From assembly GCA_963799485.1 (NCBI GenBank), contig CAWCXJ010000005.1:64001-128000 (forward strand): DNA of 64,000 nt, written 5' to 3'. Numbering within the stretch: position 1 is the first letter of the stretch; each line of letters begins with the position of its first letter. Shown here in pieces: positions 41,475 to 51,487 of the stretch. The notes under the pieces were generated by a model. It made no database searches and was not told the origin of the DNA. It saw nothing but the letters and a program-made list of their open reading frames with translations. The DNA is from an uncultured Trueperaceae bacterium (GTDB lineage Bacteria > Deinococcota > Deinococci > Deinococcales > Trueperaceae). A program made the position numbers and the translations under genes.

Positions 41475-42690
41475 TCGAGGCGCGTCGCCCCCCTACCTTG
41501 GAGACAGGCGCACCGGCGTGGCTCCGCCGCAACCTGTTTAATTCGCCCCTCAGCAGCGTCGCCACGGTTCTTATCGCGGCCGCAGTGGTCTTTGTCCTTT
41601 ATGAACTGCTCAGCTGGGTGATTTTCGCTGCGAACTGGCAGCAACTCTGGAACAACCTCAAACTGTTCGCCGTTTACCGCTATCCGGCAGACCTGCTCAG
41701 TCGGCCGCTGTCGGTTACGGCGATGTTCATGACGCTTTTAGGCGTTACGGCGGGCGCGTCTCAGGGCGGTACCGGGCGCATCGTTCGCGGCGTTTTTTTT
41801 CAGTTCTTGATTCTGGTCGCCGTTTTAACCGTGCTGGGGCTGCTCTACTGGGAGGCGGTGCGTTGGGGCTGGCTGGCGGTCGGCGTTTCGGCGCTCGTCG
41901 GTTTCGGGTTTGGTCGGTTTAACCCTCGTGTTCTGCCGGGCTGATGTGGGCGTGGCTCGGCGCACTCGTCGTCGGCATCTTTCTGCTCTACGGTCTGCCG
42001 GGTGTTCGCAGCGGCGAGTGGCGCGTCGTCCCGACCCGCGACTGGGGCGGCTTTATGTTGACGCTCATCTTGTCGGTCGTCGGGATTGCGGTGAGTTTCC
42101 CGCTCGGTATCGCGCTCGCGCTTGGTCGCCGGAGCCGTTTACCGGCCATCAAGTATGTCTGCATCGCCTTTATCGAGGTCATTCGCGGCGCACCTCTCAT
42201 CACCTGGCTGTACATCGCCTCACTAATGGTGCCGCTGCTCTTGAACATCGATACCGACCGCATCAGCGCCTTAAACAAAGCGCTCGTTGCGCTCACGCTC
42301 TTTTCGTCGGCTTACATGGCGGAAAACGTACGCGGAGGGCTTCAGGCCGTCGCCAAAGGCCAAGGGGAAGCGGCGCGCGCACTCGGGCTTTCGGGGTGGC
42401 AGTCGATGCAGCTGATTATCTTGCCGCAAGCGCTTAAAGCGGTGATTCCGGCGATTGTCGGGCAGTCTATCGGGCTCTTCAAAGACACCTCGCTCGTGCT
42501 TATCGTCGGACTGCAAGACTTTTTTCAGGTTCACAACATCGTCGCGCAACAACCGGCGTCTTTGCAGGTGCAGGGCGGGGTGAGGCTCGAGCTGTCCCTC
42601 TTTTTAGCCCTGATCTACTGGTTTTTCGCCTTCCGGATGAGCCGCGCGAGTCGGCAGCTCGAGGCCGAACTCGGCGTCGGGACACGTTAG
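41471..42690 (+). CDS. aapM: Amino-acid ABC permease (AapM/BztC), split into two ORFs at ~41940
   Basis: [10 protein letters not shown]-terminal ORF plus a WGGFMLTL...[19 protein letters not shown]. One extra G in ccgggctgatg would fuse them. Confidence 0.85.
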
Positions 42691-42700
42691 GAGATTTTGG

Positions 42701-43504
42701 ATGACTGTGACCGTAAATAAAAATAGTGATACCGTCCGGGCTGACGCACCGCAGGGCGGACAAAAGATTATCGAAATTGACGATCTCAACAAGTGGTTCG
42801 GTGAGTTTCACGTGCTTAAAGACATCAGCTTGTCGGTCAACAAAGCTGAAGTCGTCGTGATTATCGGACCTTCAGGCTCAGGCAAGTCAACCTTGATTCG
42901 CTGCGTGAACCGGCTCGAGGAACACCAGCAGGGCCGTATTACCGTAGACGGCGTTGAACTGACCGACGACGTTAAAAAGATCGACCAGATTCGCCGCGAA
43001 ACCGGGATGGTCTTTCAGCAGTTCAACCTGTTTCCGCACCTCACAGTGATGGAAAACATCGTCTTAGCGCCTATCCGCGTACGGAAGTGGAAACGCTCCA
43101 AAGCCGAGGAGCGGGCACGTTACTTTTTAGATAAAGTCGGGATTCCCGAACAGGCCGACAAATACCCCGGTCAGCTTTCGGGCGGTCAGCAGCAGCGCGT
43201 GGCGATTGCGCGGGCGCTGACGATGGAACCCAAAGTGATGCTCTTCGACGAGCCCACCTCCGCTTTGGACCCCGAGGTCATCGGTGAGGTTTTAGAGGTC
43301 ATGGTCAACCTCGCCAAAGAGGGCATCACCATGATCGTGGTCACACACGAGATGGGCTTTGCCCGTGAGGTCGGCGACCGGGTGATCTTTATGGACAGGG
43401 GGCAAATTGTCGAGGTCGGCAGCCCCGAGCACTTCTTTACCAACCCGCAAGAAGAGCGCACCAAGTCGTTTTTGTCGAAGATTTTGAAAGCTGCCAAAGA
43501 TTAG
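42701..43504 (+). CDS. aapP: Amino-acid ABC transporter ATP-binding protein (AapP/GlnQ)
   Basis: [35 protein letters not shown]. Confidence 0.93.
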   Translation: MTVTVNKNSDTVRADAPQGGQKIIEIDDLNKWFGEFHVLKDISLSVNKAEVVVIIGPSGSGKSTLIRCVNRLEEHQQGRITVDGVELTDDVKKIDQIRRETGMVFQQFNLFPHLTVMENIVLAPIRVRKWKRSKAEERARYFLDKVGIPEQADKYPGQLSGGQQQRVAIARALTMEPKVMLFDEPTSALDPEVIGEVLEVMVNLAKEGITMIVVTHEMGFAREVGDRVIFMDRGQIVEVGSPEHFFTNPQEERTKSFLSKILKAAKD

Positions 43505-43510
43505 TTCAGG

Positions 43511-43948
43511 GTGCCGGAAATGACCCGGCAAAATGCCGTGCTCGTTCCGGTAGAGAAGGCGACAAACCGTATCCTCGTCCAAGACAGACGCTACCATAAG
43601 CCCCCACCGTGGGGGTTTTTTGGTGGCGGTATTGAACCGGACGAGACACCGTTAGAAGCGGTTCTTCGTGAGGCTGCTGAAGAGCTGACATTGACGTTAG
43701 CACCGGCTGAGCTGGGATTTTACGGCACCTTTGCCGGGTGTTACGGCGACCTCGAGCTTACACTTCACGCTTTTTTGTGGCCCTTCGACGGCGATCTCAG
43801 CAGTTTTGTGCAACGCGAGGGTGCAGGGATGGAACTCGTTTCTGTGGCTGAAATGCTTGAGCGAACCGAACCCGGCGGCCCCGATTATGCTTTGGCAAAG
43901 GGGCTCGAGCGCCTTTTACGGGCGTCTACACCATACTTAAAACGTTAG
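43511..43948 (+). CDS. NUDIX hydrolase
   Basis: [22 protein letters not shown]udix box. Confidence 0.9.
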   Translation: MPEMTRQNAVLVPVEKATNRILVQDRRYHKPPPWGFFGGGIEPDETPLEAVLREAAEELTLTLAPAELGFYGTFAGCYGDLELTLHAFLWPFDGDLSSFVQREGAGMELVSVAEMLERTEPGGPDYALAKGLERLLRASTPYLKR

Positions 43949-45278
43949 GCTTCCGCGCTACCGACCCGACCACGTCACCCGTCAAATCATAAGCCGTTGC
44001 CCCCGTAATCTTCACCTTGACGATGTCACCGATTTTTACGGTGCCGTCGCTCGTTGCAAAAACGTTGCCGTCAATTCCCGGCGCGTCGGCTTTGCTGCGC
44101 CCCACGAGGTCGCCGGGAAACTCGCCGTAATCGTCTACGATGACCTCGAGCACCCGCCCAACTTTGCCCCGGTTAATATCCAAGCTAATCTCTTGCTGCG
44201 TCGCCATCAGCCGCTCGAACCGCTCCTGCTTGACCTCTTCAGGCACCTGGTCGGGAAAACTGTTCGCCGCTGCGCCCGGAACCTCGCTGTAGGTAAACGC
44301 GCCGACACGCTCGAGCCTCGCTTCCCGTAAAAAGTCCAAAAGCTGCTGGAAGTCGTCCTCGGTCTCACCGGGAAAACCGACGATAAAGGTTGAGCGAATC
44401 GCCAGTTCCGGGCAGATGTCGCGCCACGCTTGGATGGTCTCCAAGTGACTCTTAGCACCACCGGGCCGCCGCATCGCCTTCAGGATTTTCGGACTGGCGT
44501 GCTGCAAGGGTACGTCCAGATAGGGAAGAAGCTTGCCCTCCGCCATCAGTGGAATCAGGTTTTTGACGTGCGGATATGGGTAGACGTAGTGGAGCCGCAC
44601 CCATACGCCCATCTCGGCGAGTTCTGTGACTAGCGGGCCAAGATGCGCCTCGACCTGCCGCCCCTGAAACTCGCTTTTACGGTGCCCGATATCCGAGCCG
44701 TAAGCCGACGAGTCTTGCGCGATGACCACAAGCTCTTTAGTGCCGCTTGCTGCCAGCCGGTACGCTTCGTAAAGGATGTTGCCGGCGTCTCTCAAGTCTT
44801 GCAACCCGCGCATCTGCGGGATGATGCAAAACGCACATTTGTGGTTGCAGCCTTCGGCAATCTTCAGGTACGAATAGTGACGTGGCGTGAGCTTGACGCC
44901 TTGCGGCGGGACGAGGCTGGTAAAAGGGTTGTCGTCACGCGGCAGGGTATGGTGAACCGCCGCCATCACACCGTCTACGTCGGCCTGTCCGGTCACAGCC
45001 AACACGCTCGGGTGACGCGCCATAATCTCGTCCGGACGTTCGCCCAAGCAACCTGTCACGATGACCTTGCCGTTTTGCTCCAAGGCTTCACCGATGGCAC
45101 CCAAAGACTCTTCGACCGCCGGGGTGATAAAGCCGCAGGTGTTGACGACGACCAGCTCGGCCTCGTCGTAACTGGGGACGACGCTGTAGCCCTCGGCGCG
45201 GAGCTGGGTGAGGATGCGTTCGCTATCGACGAGGGCTTTGGGGCAGCCCAGACTTACAAAACCGACTTTGCCAGACAT
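43926..45278 (-). CDS. rimO: Ribosomal protein S12 methylthiotransferase
   Basis: [39 protein letters not shown] domain. Confidence 0.97.
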   Translation of the reverse strand: MSGKVGFVSLGCPKALVDSERILTQLRAEGYSVVPSYDEAELVVVNTCGFITPAVEESLGAIGEALEQNGKVIVTGCLGERPDEIMARHPSVLAVTGQADVDGVMAAVHHTLPRDDNPFTSLVPPQGVKLTPRHYSYLKIAEGCNHKCAFCIIPQMRGLQDLRDAGNILYEAYRLAASGTKELVVIAQDSSAYGSDIGHRKSEFQGRQVEAHLGPLVTELAEMGVWVRLHYVYPYPHVKNLIPLMAEGKLLPYLDVPLQHASPKILKAMRRPGGAKSHLETIQAWRDICPELAIRSTFIVGFPGETEDDFQQLLDFLREARLERVGAFTYSEVPGAAANSFPDQVPEEVKQERFERLMATQQEISLDINRGKVGRVLEVIVDDYGEFPGDLVGRSKADAPGIDGNVFATSDGTVKIGDIVKVKITGATAYDLTGDVVGSVARKPNVLSMV

Positions 45279-45360
45279 TTAAGACTCCAAGCGGGTTAAT
45301 CAATCGATTAACACAACTTCTTACTATATCGTGGAGTATCACTTAATGCGTTTTGTATAA

Positions 45361-46291
45361 TAGACCTCCGGCGAAAGAAGCTTAAAGATGGCAGACTGTA
45401 AGAATGTGAGAGCAAACCGTGCGAAGTCTAGCATTGGTAAGACCGGCAATGAGGTTAAAGCGTAGGGCAAAGCGTTTGCGTCTATTACGACAGGTCTAAG
45501 GATGCACCAGATTTTGAACGAGCGAATCACGTGTTCAACAGTGATACGAAAGCGACCAAGCGCTTGGTTGTGAGCTTTTTGTTCAGCGCCCAGTTCTTCG
45601 CCTCTGGGCTTTTTGAAAGGCGAGCAGCTTTGCGGGTGTCTAGTGGCAAGCCCTTGATAGCCGCTATCGGCGACGTCTCCCGCCTTTGGCGGAAGCCTAC
45701 GGAACCAGCTCTCAGGTTGGCACCTTGGCGCGGTGTCTTTGAACAGGGCATAATCGTGCTTCGGCCCTTTGGCATGAGCCACAGAGAGGATTTTGTAGCT
45801 GCTCGCGTCAACGAGTACTTGACTCTTTAGCGTGTGGCACCGCTTTTTTCCGCTGTAGTAATGTCGTTGCTTCTTTGGACCGTTCAATGGGTGTTTCAGT
45901 TACATCCACGAGTACCACCGTCCACTCGGTCTCGGTGACTTCACGCCGCTTGGGTAAGCTGAACTTGTCGGATTTGATCAGCACGTCCTCGACGTGGATG
46001 ATGCGGTTCGCGGTTGGCTCGTGGACGCCGTAGCTCGCCGCTATACGAAACTGTGTCCGATATTCTCGCCGGTACGACATTGCCAACCATAGCTTGTCGT
46101 CTGGGCAAGGTTTGCTTGTGCGCCCCGCTTTCTTGTTGCGCTCTGCCTCACGCAAAACCGCCACTATCTCAGCAAACACTTGCGGTCTCACGCCTGTCAA
46201 CCGTTTGAACGCCTCCGGCTTCAGCCCTTTAACCTCTTCATATCGCATATTCTACTTTCAACCTTATGAACCTACTTTCGCACGAGGTCTA
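45361..46291 (-). mobile_element. IS5-family (ISL2/IS702-like) insertion sequence with a degenerate transposase
   Basis: Imperfect 20-bp terminal IRs TAGACCTCCGGCGAAAGAAG / CTACTTTCGCACGAGGTCTA. Motifs FKRLTGV, DVTETPIER, YYSGKK, ADSGYQG, RITVEHVIR lie in broken frames. Confidence 0.92.
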
Positions 46292-46358
46292 ACTTCTGTT
46301 AGCTCATAGCGATGAACTCACCTAAAGCCACCTACGTCCAAAGGGTATACTGTCCTGC

Positions 46359-47141
46359 GTGCAACTTGTCGCCCTCATCACTCCCGACCACGCGCTCCGC
46401 AACGCTTTAGCGCAGTTTCGTAAACCCGCCCTCGGGGTACTTATGCATCCCGTCACACCGACTGAATTCAGCGCTGTCGCCGGGAGCCTGGCACCGCTCG
46501 AGTTTCGCGGCGCACTCGTTTTAGACGAACACTTTCATGAGGCCGCCTTCCGGGTCGCGCAGCGCTCGTCGCTCGTTGCGCAGGAGACCGGCACCGCCGA
46601 CGCGCTGACCGTTTCCTACGGCGGACTCATCGCCGAATACACGCTCGGGCGGGCTGTGGTAACGGCCTTGCAGAGTAAAGGGTGGGACGCGCGCGGAGCG
46701 CGGGCGGTGGTGGTGGGTTCAGGGCCACTCGCGCGGGCGGTGTGCCGTGAGGTCTCGTCGTTGGGCGCAGCGCATATTACCCTCCTGGCGAGCGACAGCC
46801 CGACCGCCGAACGTACTCTCGGCTCACTTGCAGCAAGCACCGAATGTAGCGCCCGGTCGTACCGCGACCCGCTCATTCCAAGTTACCTGATGCGGGCTGA
46901 CCTGCTCATCCGGCTCGACCCGGCTTTCGACGTGCCGAGCGCCTCGGTCGGGCCGCACCTGAGCGTCGTCGATCTCGCTGCCGAACCGCTCAGTGGGCTT
47001 CGGCAGCAAGCGGCGAGCGTCGGGGCAACTGCAATCGGGCCGCGCGACGTGCAAGCGCAGCAGCTAGCGCTCGGGCTAGAGAATATCCTCGGGGCGCGGG
47101 TCAATGCCGGTGATTTTCTCGGGGTGCTTCATTCGCTTTAG
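46359..47141 (+). CDS. Divergent shikimate-dehydrogenase-like protein
   Basis: AVVVGSGPLARAV Rossmann motif and AroE-like layout, but the catalytic motifs are not recognisable; leaderless TATACT-N7-GTG. Confidence 0.65.
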   Translation: MQLVALITPDHALRNALAQFRKPALGVLMHPVTPTEFSAVAGSLAPLEFRGALVLDEHFHEAAFRVAQRSSLVAQETGTADALTVSYGGLIAEYTLGRAVVTALQSKGWDARGARAVVVGSGPLARAVCREVSSLGAAHITLLASDSPTAERTLGSLAASTECSARSYRDPLIPSYLMRADLLIRLDPAFDVPSASVGPHLSVVDLAAEPLSGLRQQAASVGATAIGPRDVQAQQLALGLENILGARVNAGDFLGVLHSL

Positions 47142-48819
47142 TCGGCTCTCGATCCTCTTGCTTGGGGTGCTGCTCGCGTCGCCGGCGCTGGCAGGGCCGT
47201 ATTATGCGCTGCCGGGAGCGCAGCCGCTGACGAGCGCTGAACCGGCGTTCAGCTATGGGGGCGAACGCTACACCTACGCTGCCGGCTTAGGCTGGTTGGG
47301 GCTTGCTCCCGGTTTAAGTGCGCCGCGCCTGGATGCAAGCCGGGTATACGTTCGAGAAGACGTGCTGGAAGCACTCGGCGTATCGTTACCCCGGCTGACG
47401 GGGGTGCGCTCGAGTGGTGGCGGTACGGTGCGCGTGGTGTTTGATTTTGCCGGTCTGGACGCTGCTGCTCTGGAACCGTCCAAACAAACCGGGACAGCGA
47501 CGCCCGAACGCCCGCTAACGGTGCGGCTTCCGCCGCTGCTTCTGCCGGAGACGCTTCCGGGAAGGCTTGAGAACCTCACCTTCGGCTGGTCTCAGGCGAG
47601 TAGTACGGTGCTGCGCCTTACCGGGCCGGAAGCTTCGGGGTCGCTGCGTTTCGACGTGTTTCCGCTTTCTAATCCGACACGCCTGGTGGTCGACCTAAAA
47701 GCAGACCCTACCGTTCAGCTTACGGGAGGTGAGTCGAATGACGCAGCGCTCGACCTCCGAGAGCGGCTACTGAACCGACTTTCGGGAACTCGGACGGGTG
47801 AGCGCGACCTCGGCGGCGGCGCGACGCTGCGCTCATTTAGCATTCCTACGCTCGCCGGACAAAGCCAGGTCGACCTCGTAGAGATCGCGCCGGGTCGGGG
47901 ATTGTTTGCCGTCCGCGGGGGTTCGGCGGCGCTGCAAACACCCTCTGAACTGACCGGGGGCGCGCTTGTCGGACTCAACGCCTCGTACTTCGACCCGGCG
48001 AGTGGGCGGAGCATCGGGCTACTCAAACATCGCGGCGTGGTGGAATCCCTGCCGAGCCGGAACCGGGCGGCTGTGGGTTTCGGTTTCGGATATCCGTTTG
48101 TCGGTCGCCCCGAAAGCGAGCTGAGCGTCACGGTCAACGGCGCAGCGCGGACGCAGCTCAGCTTGGAAGATGAACGCATCACGCTCTATACGGCCTCCGG
48201 TACAGGCGCAGGTACGGCGGTGGGAAGTCCGCGTCAGGGAGCTATCGTGGTTTCAGCGACGGGGCGGGTACTCGAGAACAAGGTCGGGCCGCGCCGTGTG
48301 CCGACGGGCGGCTTCGTCCTCACGTATTTGCCAGAGGTGCGTCCACTCGCACTCGTCAATGCAGGGGACACGCTGAGGTACGGGCTCGAGACCACCCCAA
48401 GCATCTGGCGTTTTGTTCCCGAAGCGGTCGAGGCGGGGCCGCTGCTCGTGGCAGGGGGCCGAAGCGCCTTTAGACCCGCCTTGGAAGCGTTCGATACTCT
48501 AGACCGGGAGAGCAACATCAACCGCCGCACGACCCGCGCCGCGCTCGGCGTCCGCGAGGACGGCACGGTTTTGCTGCTCGTGGCAACCAACCTGAGTGCC
48601 GGGGAACTCGTGCCGCTATTCTTGGACCTCCGCGCCGAGAGCGCCCTGCAACTCGATTCAGGCGGGAGCAGCACGCTTGTGGTGGGCGGCGAGGTCGTCA
48701 ACCGTCCGGCGGGGTTGCAGCGCAAGGTCGCGACGGTGATTACCTACACACCGGCCTACCAAACGGGTTTATCTAAAGATCAGCCCCGACAGCGTGCGGC
48801 GTCTAGGCGTGTGCACTAG
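47104..48819 (+). CDS. Secreted phosphodiester glycosidase (NAGPA-like) family protein
   Basis: LNASYFD, AGPLLV, RAALG, LDSGGSSTL; signal peptide. Confidence 0.85.
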   Translation: MPVIFSGCFIRFSRLSILLLGVLLASPALAGPYYALPGAQPLTSAEPAFSYGGERYTYAAGLGWLGLAPGLSAPRLDASRVYVREDVLEALGVSLPRLTGVRSSGGGTVRVVFDFAGLDAAALEPSKQTGTATPERPLTVRLPPLLLPETLPGRLENLTFGWSQASSTVLRLTGPEASGSLRFDVFPLSNPTRLVVDLKADPTVQLTGGESNDAALDLRERLLNRLSGTRTGERDLGGGATLRSFSIPTLAGQSQVDLVEIAPGRGLFAVRGGSAALQTPSELTGGALVGLNASYFDPASGRSIGLLKHRGVVESLPSRNRAAVGFGFGYPFVGRPESELSVTVNGAARTQLSLEDERITLYTASGTGAGTAVGSPRQGAIVVSATGRVLENKVGPRRVPTGGFVLTYLPEVRPLALVNAGDTLRYGLETTPSIWRFVPEAVEAGPLLVAGGRSAFRPALEAFDTLDRESNINRRTTRAALGVREDGTVLLLVATNLSAGELVPLFLDLRAESALQLDSGGSSTLVVGGEVVNRPAGLQRKVATVITYTPAYQTGLSKDQPRQRAASRRVH

Positions 48820-49014
48820 ACTCGAGAAGGTGAACGTAGCGAATTGTACAGGTGCCGGGCGCGCGTCAGGTTGGAAAACTGTGACCGTGCAAGCAGACAG
48901 GGACGCCACCAACAACTCCGGGGTGGACGGTGCCGGAGCCGAAACAAGTGAGAACGTTTCTCTGCGTCCCGGCTTGGTCGGCGGCAGCGTCGGCTCGAGG
49001 CGCGCCGTAACCTT

Positions 49015-49605
49015 ATGACGTTATTTGCCGAGGTCACGCAAAAGCTGCGGCAGGGTGAACTGCTGCAGAGCTTTGCCGCTATTTTAGTAATCCTTATATT
49101 GGCACTTGCGTTCAGCTGGCCGGGAGCCGGTGCGCCGAACGACGCGTGGTACGGCGTCGCGCAGGTGCGGAGCGTGCTGTTTATGCTCTTTGCCGCCGGG
49201 TTCGGGGCGTTTGCGGGTGCGGCGCGTAGGGGCGGCCTCGAGACCCTCGTGGCGTGGTGGCTCTTGGTGCTGCTGGGCCTGCCTCTTGAAGCGTTCGCCT
49301 ACGCCGCCTCGTACCCGGACGTGCCGGTATGGTGGTTTGTGGCGCAACCGCTGCTCGACGTCGGCGCGTATTTCGGCTTCGGCCTGATGCTCGGACGACC
49401 TCTCCGGCGACTTCCCGCTCTGTTGCCCCTCGTTCCGCTTTTCGTTTTCGCCGGGTTGTTCGGCCTCAGTACGACCTTCGCGTTGCCGCTGCTCAATCCT
49501 CTGGCGACCGCCCAGCTCTCCTGGGTTCACCTCGTTACGACCGCCCTCTTAAGCGCGGCGACGCTTGTATTTTGCAGCCGGAGTAGACTAAGGGATGCAG
49601 ATTAG
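49015..49605 (+). CDS. Multi-pass membrane hypothetical protein
   Basis: About 6 hydrophobic helices; overlaps the next gene. Confidence 0.7.
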   Translation: MTLFAEVTQKLRQGELLQSFAAILVILILALAFSWPGAGAPNDAWYGVAQVRSVLFMLFAAGFGAFAGAARRGGLETLVAWWLLVLLGLPLEAFAYAASYPDVPVWWFVAQPLLDVGAYFGFGLMLGRPLRRLPALLPLVPLFVFAGLFGLSTTFALPLLNPLATAQLSWVHLVTTALLSAATLVFCSRSRLRDAD

Positions 49606-51109
49606 AGCATCTCAGCGGCGGGCAGCGGCCCGCGTGACGCGCCCGCACACGGTTTTAGCACACCGTTGGGCGCTCCAGCGGCGTCTTTTAACGGGCGGCG
49701 CGCTTGCACTCGCCGTATCGGTCTTGGCGTGGCTTTTCGGATTTTCGTTACCCTTTCATCTGGGACTTGTTGCAGTCGGTTTTACGTTCGGGTTTTTTTG
49801 GCGCTTTGCGCGTGTGAGCCGCCGCGCCGAAAGCTGGGCGTTCTCGTGGATCGAGGCGCGCGCGGGCCTGTCGTATCTGACTGCACACGAACTTTCCGGC
49901 GCTGACGCTGCTGATGCGGACGGTTTCGCTGCAGCGGTGCGGACACGGGCCGCGCAGGTCGGCAGGCTCGAGACCCCCTCGCTGCAACCGTGGGCGCTCC
50001 CGCTCATCGTCTTGGCGCTCGCCCTCGCCGCCATTCCTCACCTCGTCTTGCCCACGCTGCGGGCACCCTTCGCCCCGCTGACCGAACGGCTGCCGGGAGC
50101 CTTGCCCGAACCTTCGGTATTCGAGACGCCCGCGCCGGACGCGAGTACACCTGACCCCGAACCGGAGGTCGCTTCGCCCGAGCAGGCTGCTACCCCGGAG
50201 ACAGGTACCGTACCCGAAACAGGCACGGCGACCCCCACAGAAGACGCTTTGGCAAACGATCCCAACGCGGGTAATCCAGGTGTCGGGAGGAGTTTCGACG
50301 ACGCGGGTACTGTGCCCGAAGGGGGCAGCGCTGAGGGCGAAAGGGCAGCTTTAGACCGCTTTCTCGAGCAAAACGGAGCTTCACAAGCCACGCCTCGGCC
50401 TGCCGAGGCCGACGCGGAGGCAGGGGGCACGAATGAACCCGGTGAAACCGGCTCACCGCAAGAATCCCAGGCAGGGCAAAACACCCCGAACGCGACCGCC
50501 GACGATCAAGGTGCGGGGGCTGAAAGCAAAGCCGGCGCAGGCAGCCCCGCCGGACAGGAAACGGCGCAGAACCCGAACACCGGACAAGCAGGCGGCTCCG
50601 GGCAGGAGTCTCAAACCGAAGCGCCCGGCAGCGAAGGTGACGACACCGGGCAGGCGGGTTCCGAACCAAACGCCCCGCAAGCCGACCCGGGCAGCGAGGA
50701 GCAGCGCGCCCAGTCGGCGCTCGAGCAAACGGGCCGTCAGGACGACCCGGCGGCGCGCGCAGGCGGGTCGGCAGGCCAGCGCGTCGCCGCACCGAATGAT
50801 GGCGCCGAAATGCCCGAAGACCCTCAGGGCCCCAGCAGTGAACGTGCCGGGACGAGCCCCGGGAGTGACGTCGAGAGCAGCCGCGAGCGGTTGGGCAGGG
50901 CGTCGCAGAGCGCGCCCCAGCAGCTTTCCGGCGCACGCGGCGACGGCCCGATCAACTTTGCCGGCGAAGCCTTGCGGCAAGGCGACGCACCCGACACGCT
51001 GCCGCAAACCGGCGACGCTGCAAGCTACCGGCGAGCCGCCGAAGAGGTCATCCGTGAAGGGCGAATACCCCTGGAGTATCAAGAGGTCATCCGCGACTAT
51101 TTCCGCTAG
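49595..51109 (+). CDS. Membrane protein with a long acidic low-complexity tail
   Basis: N-terminal TM helices, Pro/Gly/Glu-rich region, C-terminal RIPLEYQEVIRDYF. Confidence 0.75.
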   Translation: MQIRASQRRAAARVTRPHTVLAHRWALQRRLLTGGALALAVSVLAWLFGFSLPFHLGLVAVGFTFGFFWRFARVSRRAESWAFSWIEARAGLSYLTAHELSGADAADADGFAAAVRTRAAQVGRLETPSLQPWALPLIVLALALAAIPHLVLPTLRAPFAPLTERLPGALPEPSVFETPAPDASTPDPEPEVASPEQAATPETGTVPETGTATPTEDALANDPNAGNPGVGRSFDDAGTVPEGGSAEGERAALDRFLEQNGASQATPRPAEADAEAGGTNEPGETGSPQESQAGQNTPNATADDQGAGAESKAGAGSPAGQETAQNPNTGQAGGSGQESQTEAPGSEGDDTGQAGSEPNAPQADPGSEEQRAQSALEQTGRQDDPAARAGGSAGQRVAAPNDGAEMPEDPQGPSSERAGTSPGSDVESSRERLGRASQSAPQQLSGARGDGPINFAGEALRQGDAPDTLPQTGDAASYRRAAEEVIREGRIPLEYQEVIRDYFR

Positions 51110-51243
51110 CACGGCGTGAGGTTTCGGCTTTTTGGGTGTCGACTTGCGCCTGTGTCCCGTAAGCTCTCACAGTACAAGGGCCGGGTTTTGCAGCGAAGGT
51201 GTCTTGCAGTTGGCTGGACGGGCAAAGAGACTGAGCACTGCCA

Positions 51244-51384
51244 AGCCTCGAGCCCGGTGGCAGTATCTTCGGCGACGGCAGCGCCATTATGATGCACACC
51301 GAGGGCGACGATTACAGCACCGACCCTTCAAGAGCGGCGACCGGCTCGCGTGCGGCGTTATCAAACAGGCGAGCGGCAACTAGC
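51244..51384 (+). pseudogene. sodC: Cu/Zn superoxide dismutase C-terminal remnant
   Basis: SLEPGGSIFGDGSAIMMHTEGDDYSTDPS, then after a frameshift SGDRLACGVI. Confidence 0.8.
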
Positions 51385-51424
51385 TCGGGTCGGCCCGTAA
51401 AAAACGGGGCAAAGATTTACGGCG

Positions 51425-51472
51425 TTTTACGGCGCGTTGAAACTACAAAACCGACTGCAAAGCGCCGTAAAA
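51425..51472. terminator. Inverted pair of GCCGTAAAA motifs between convergent genes
   Basis: TTTTACGGCGC (51425-51435) and GCGCCGTAAAA (51462-51472) form a perfect 11-bp inverted repeat. Confidence 0.55.
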
Positions 51473-51487
51473 GCGGGACTCTCGCGG

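Noticed and set aside
45808..45887. Programmed frameshift between the two IS5 ORFs
   Set aside because: No slippery A-run at the junction, and further lesions indicate decay.
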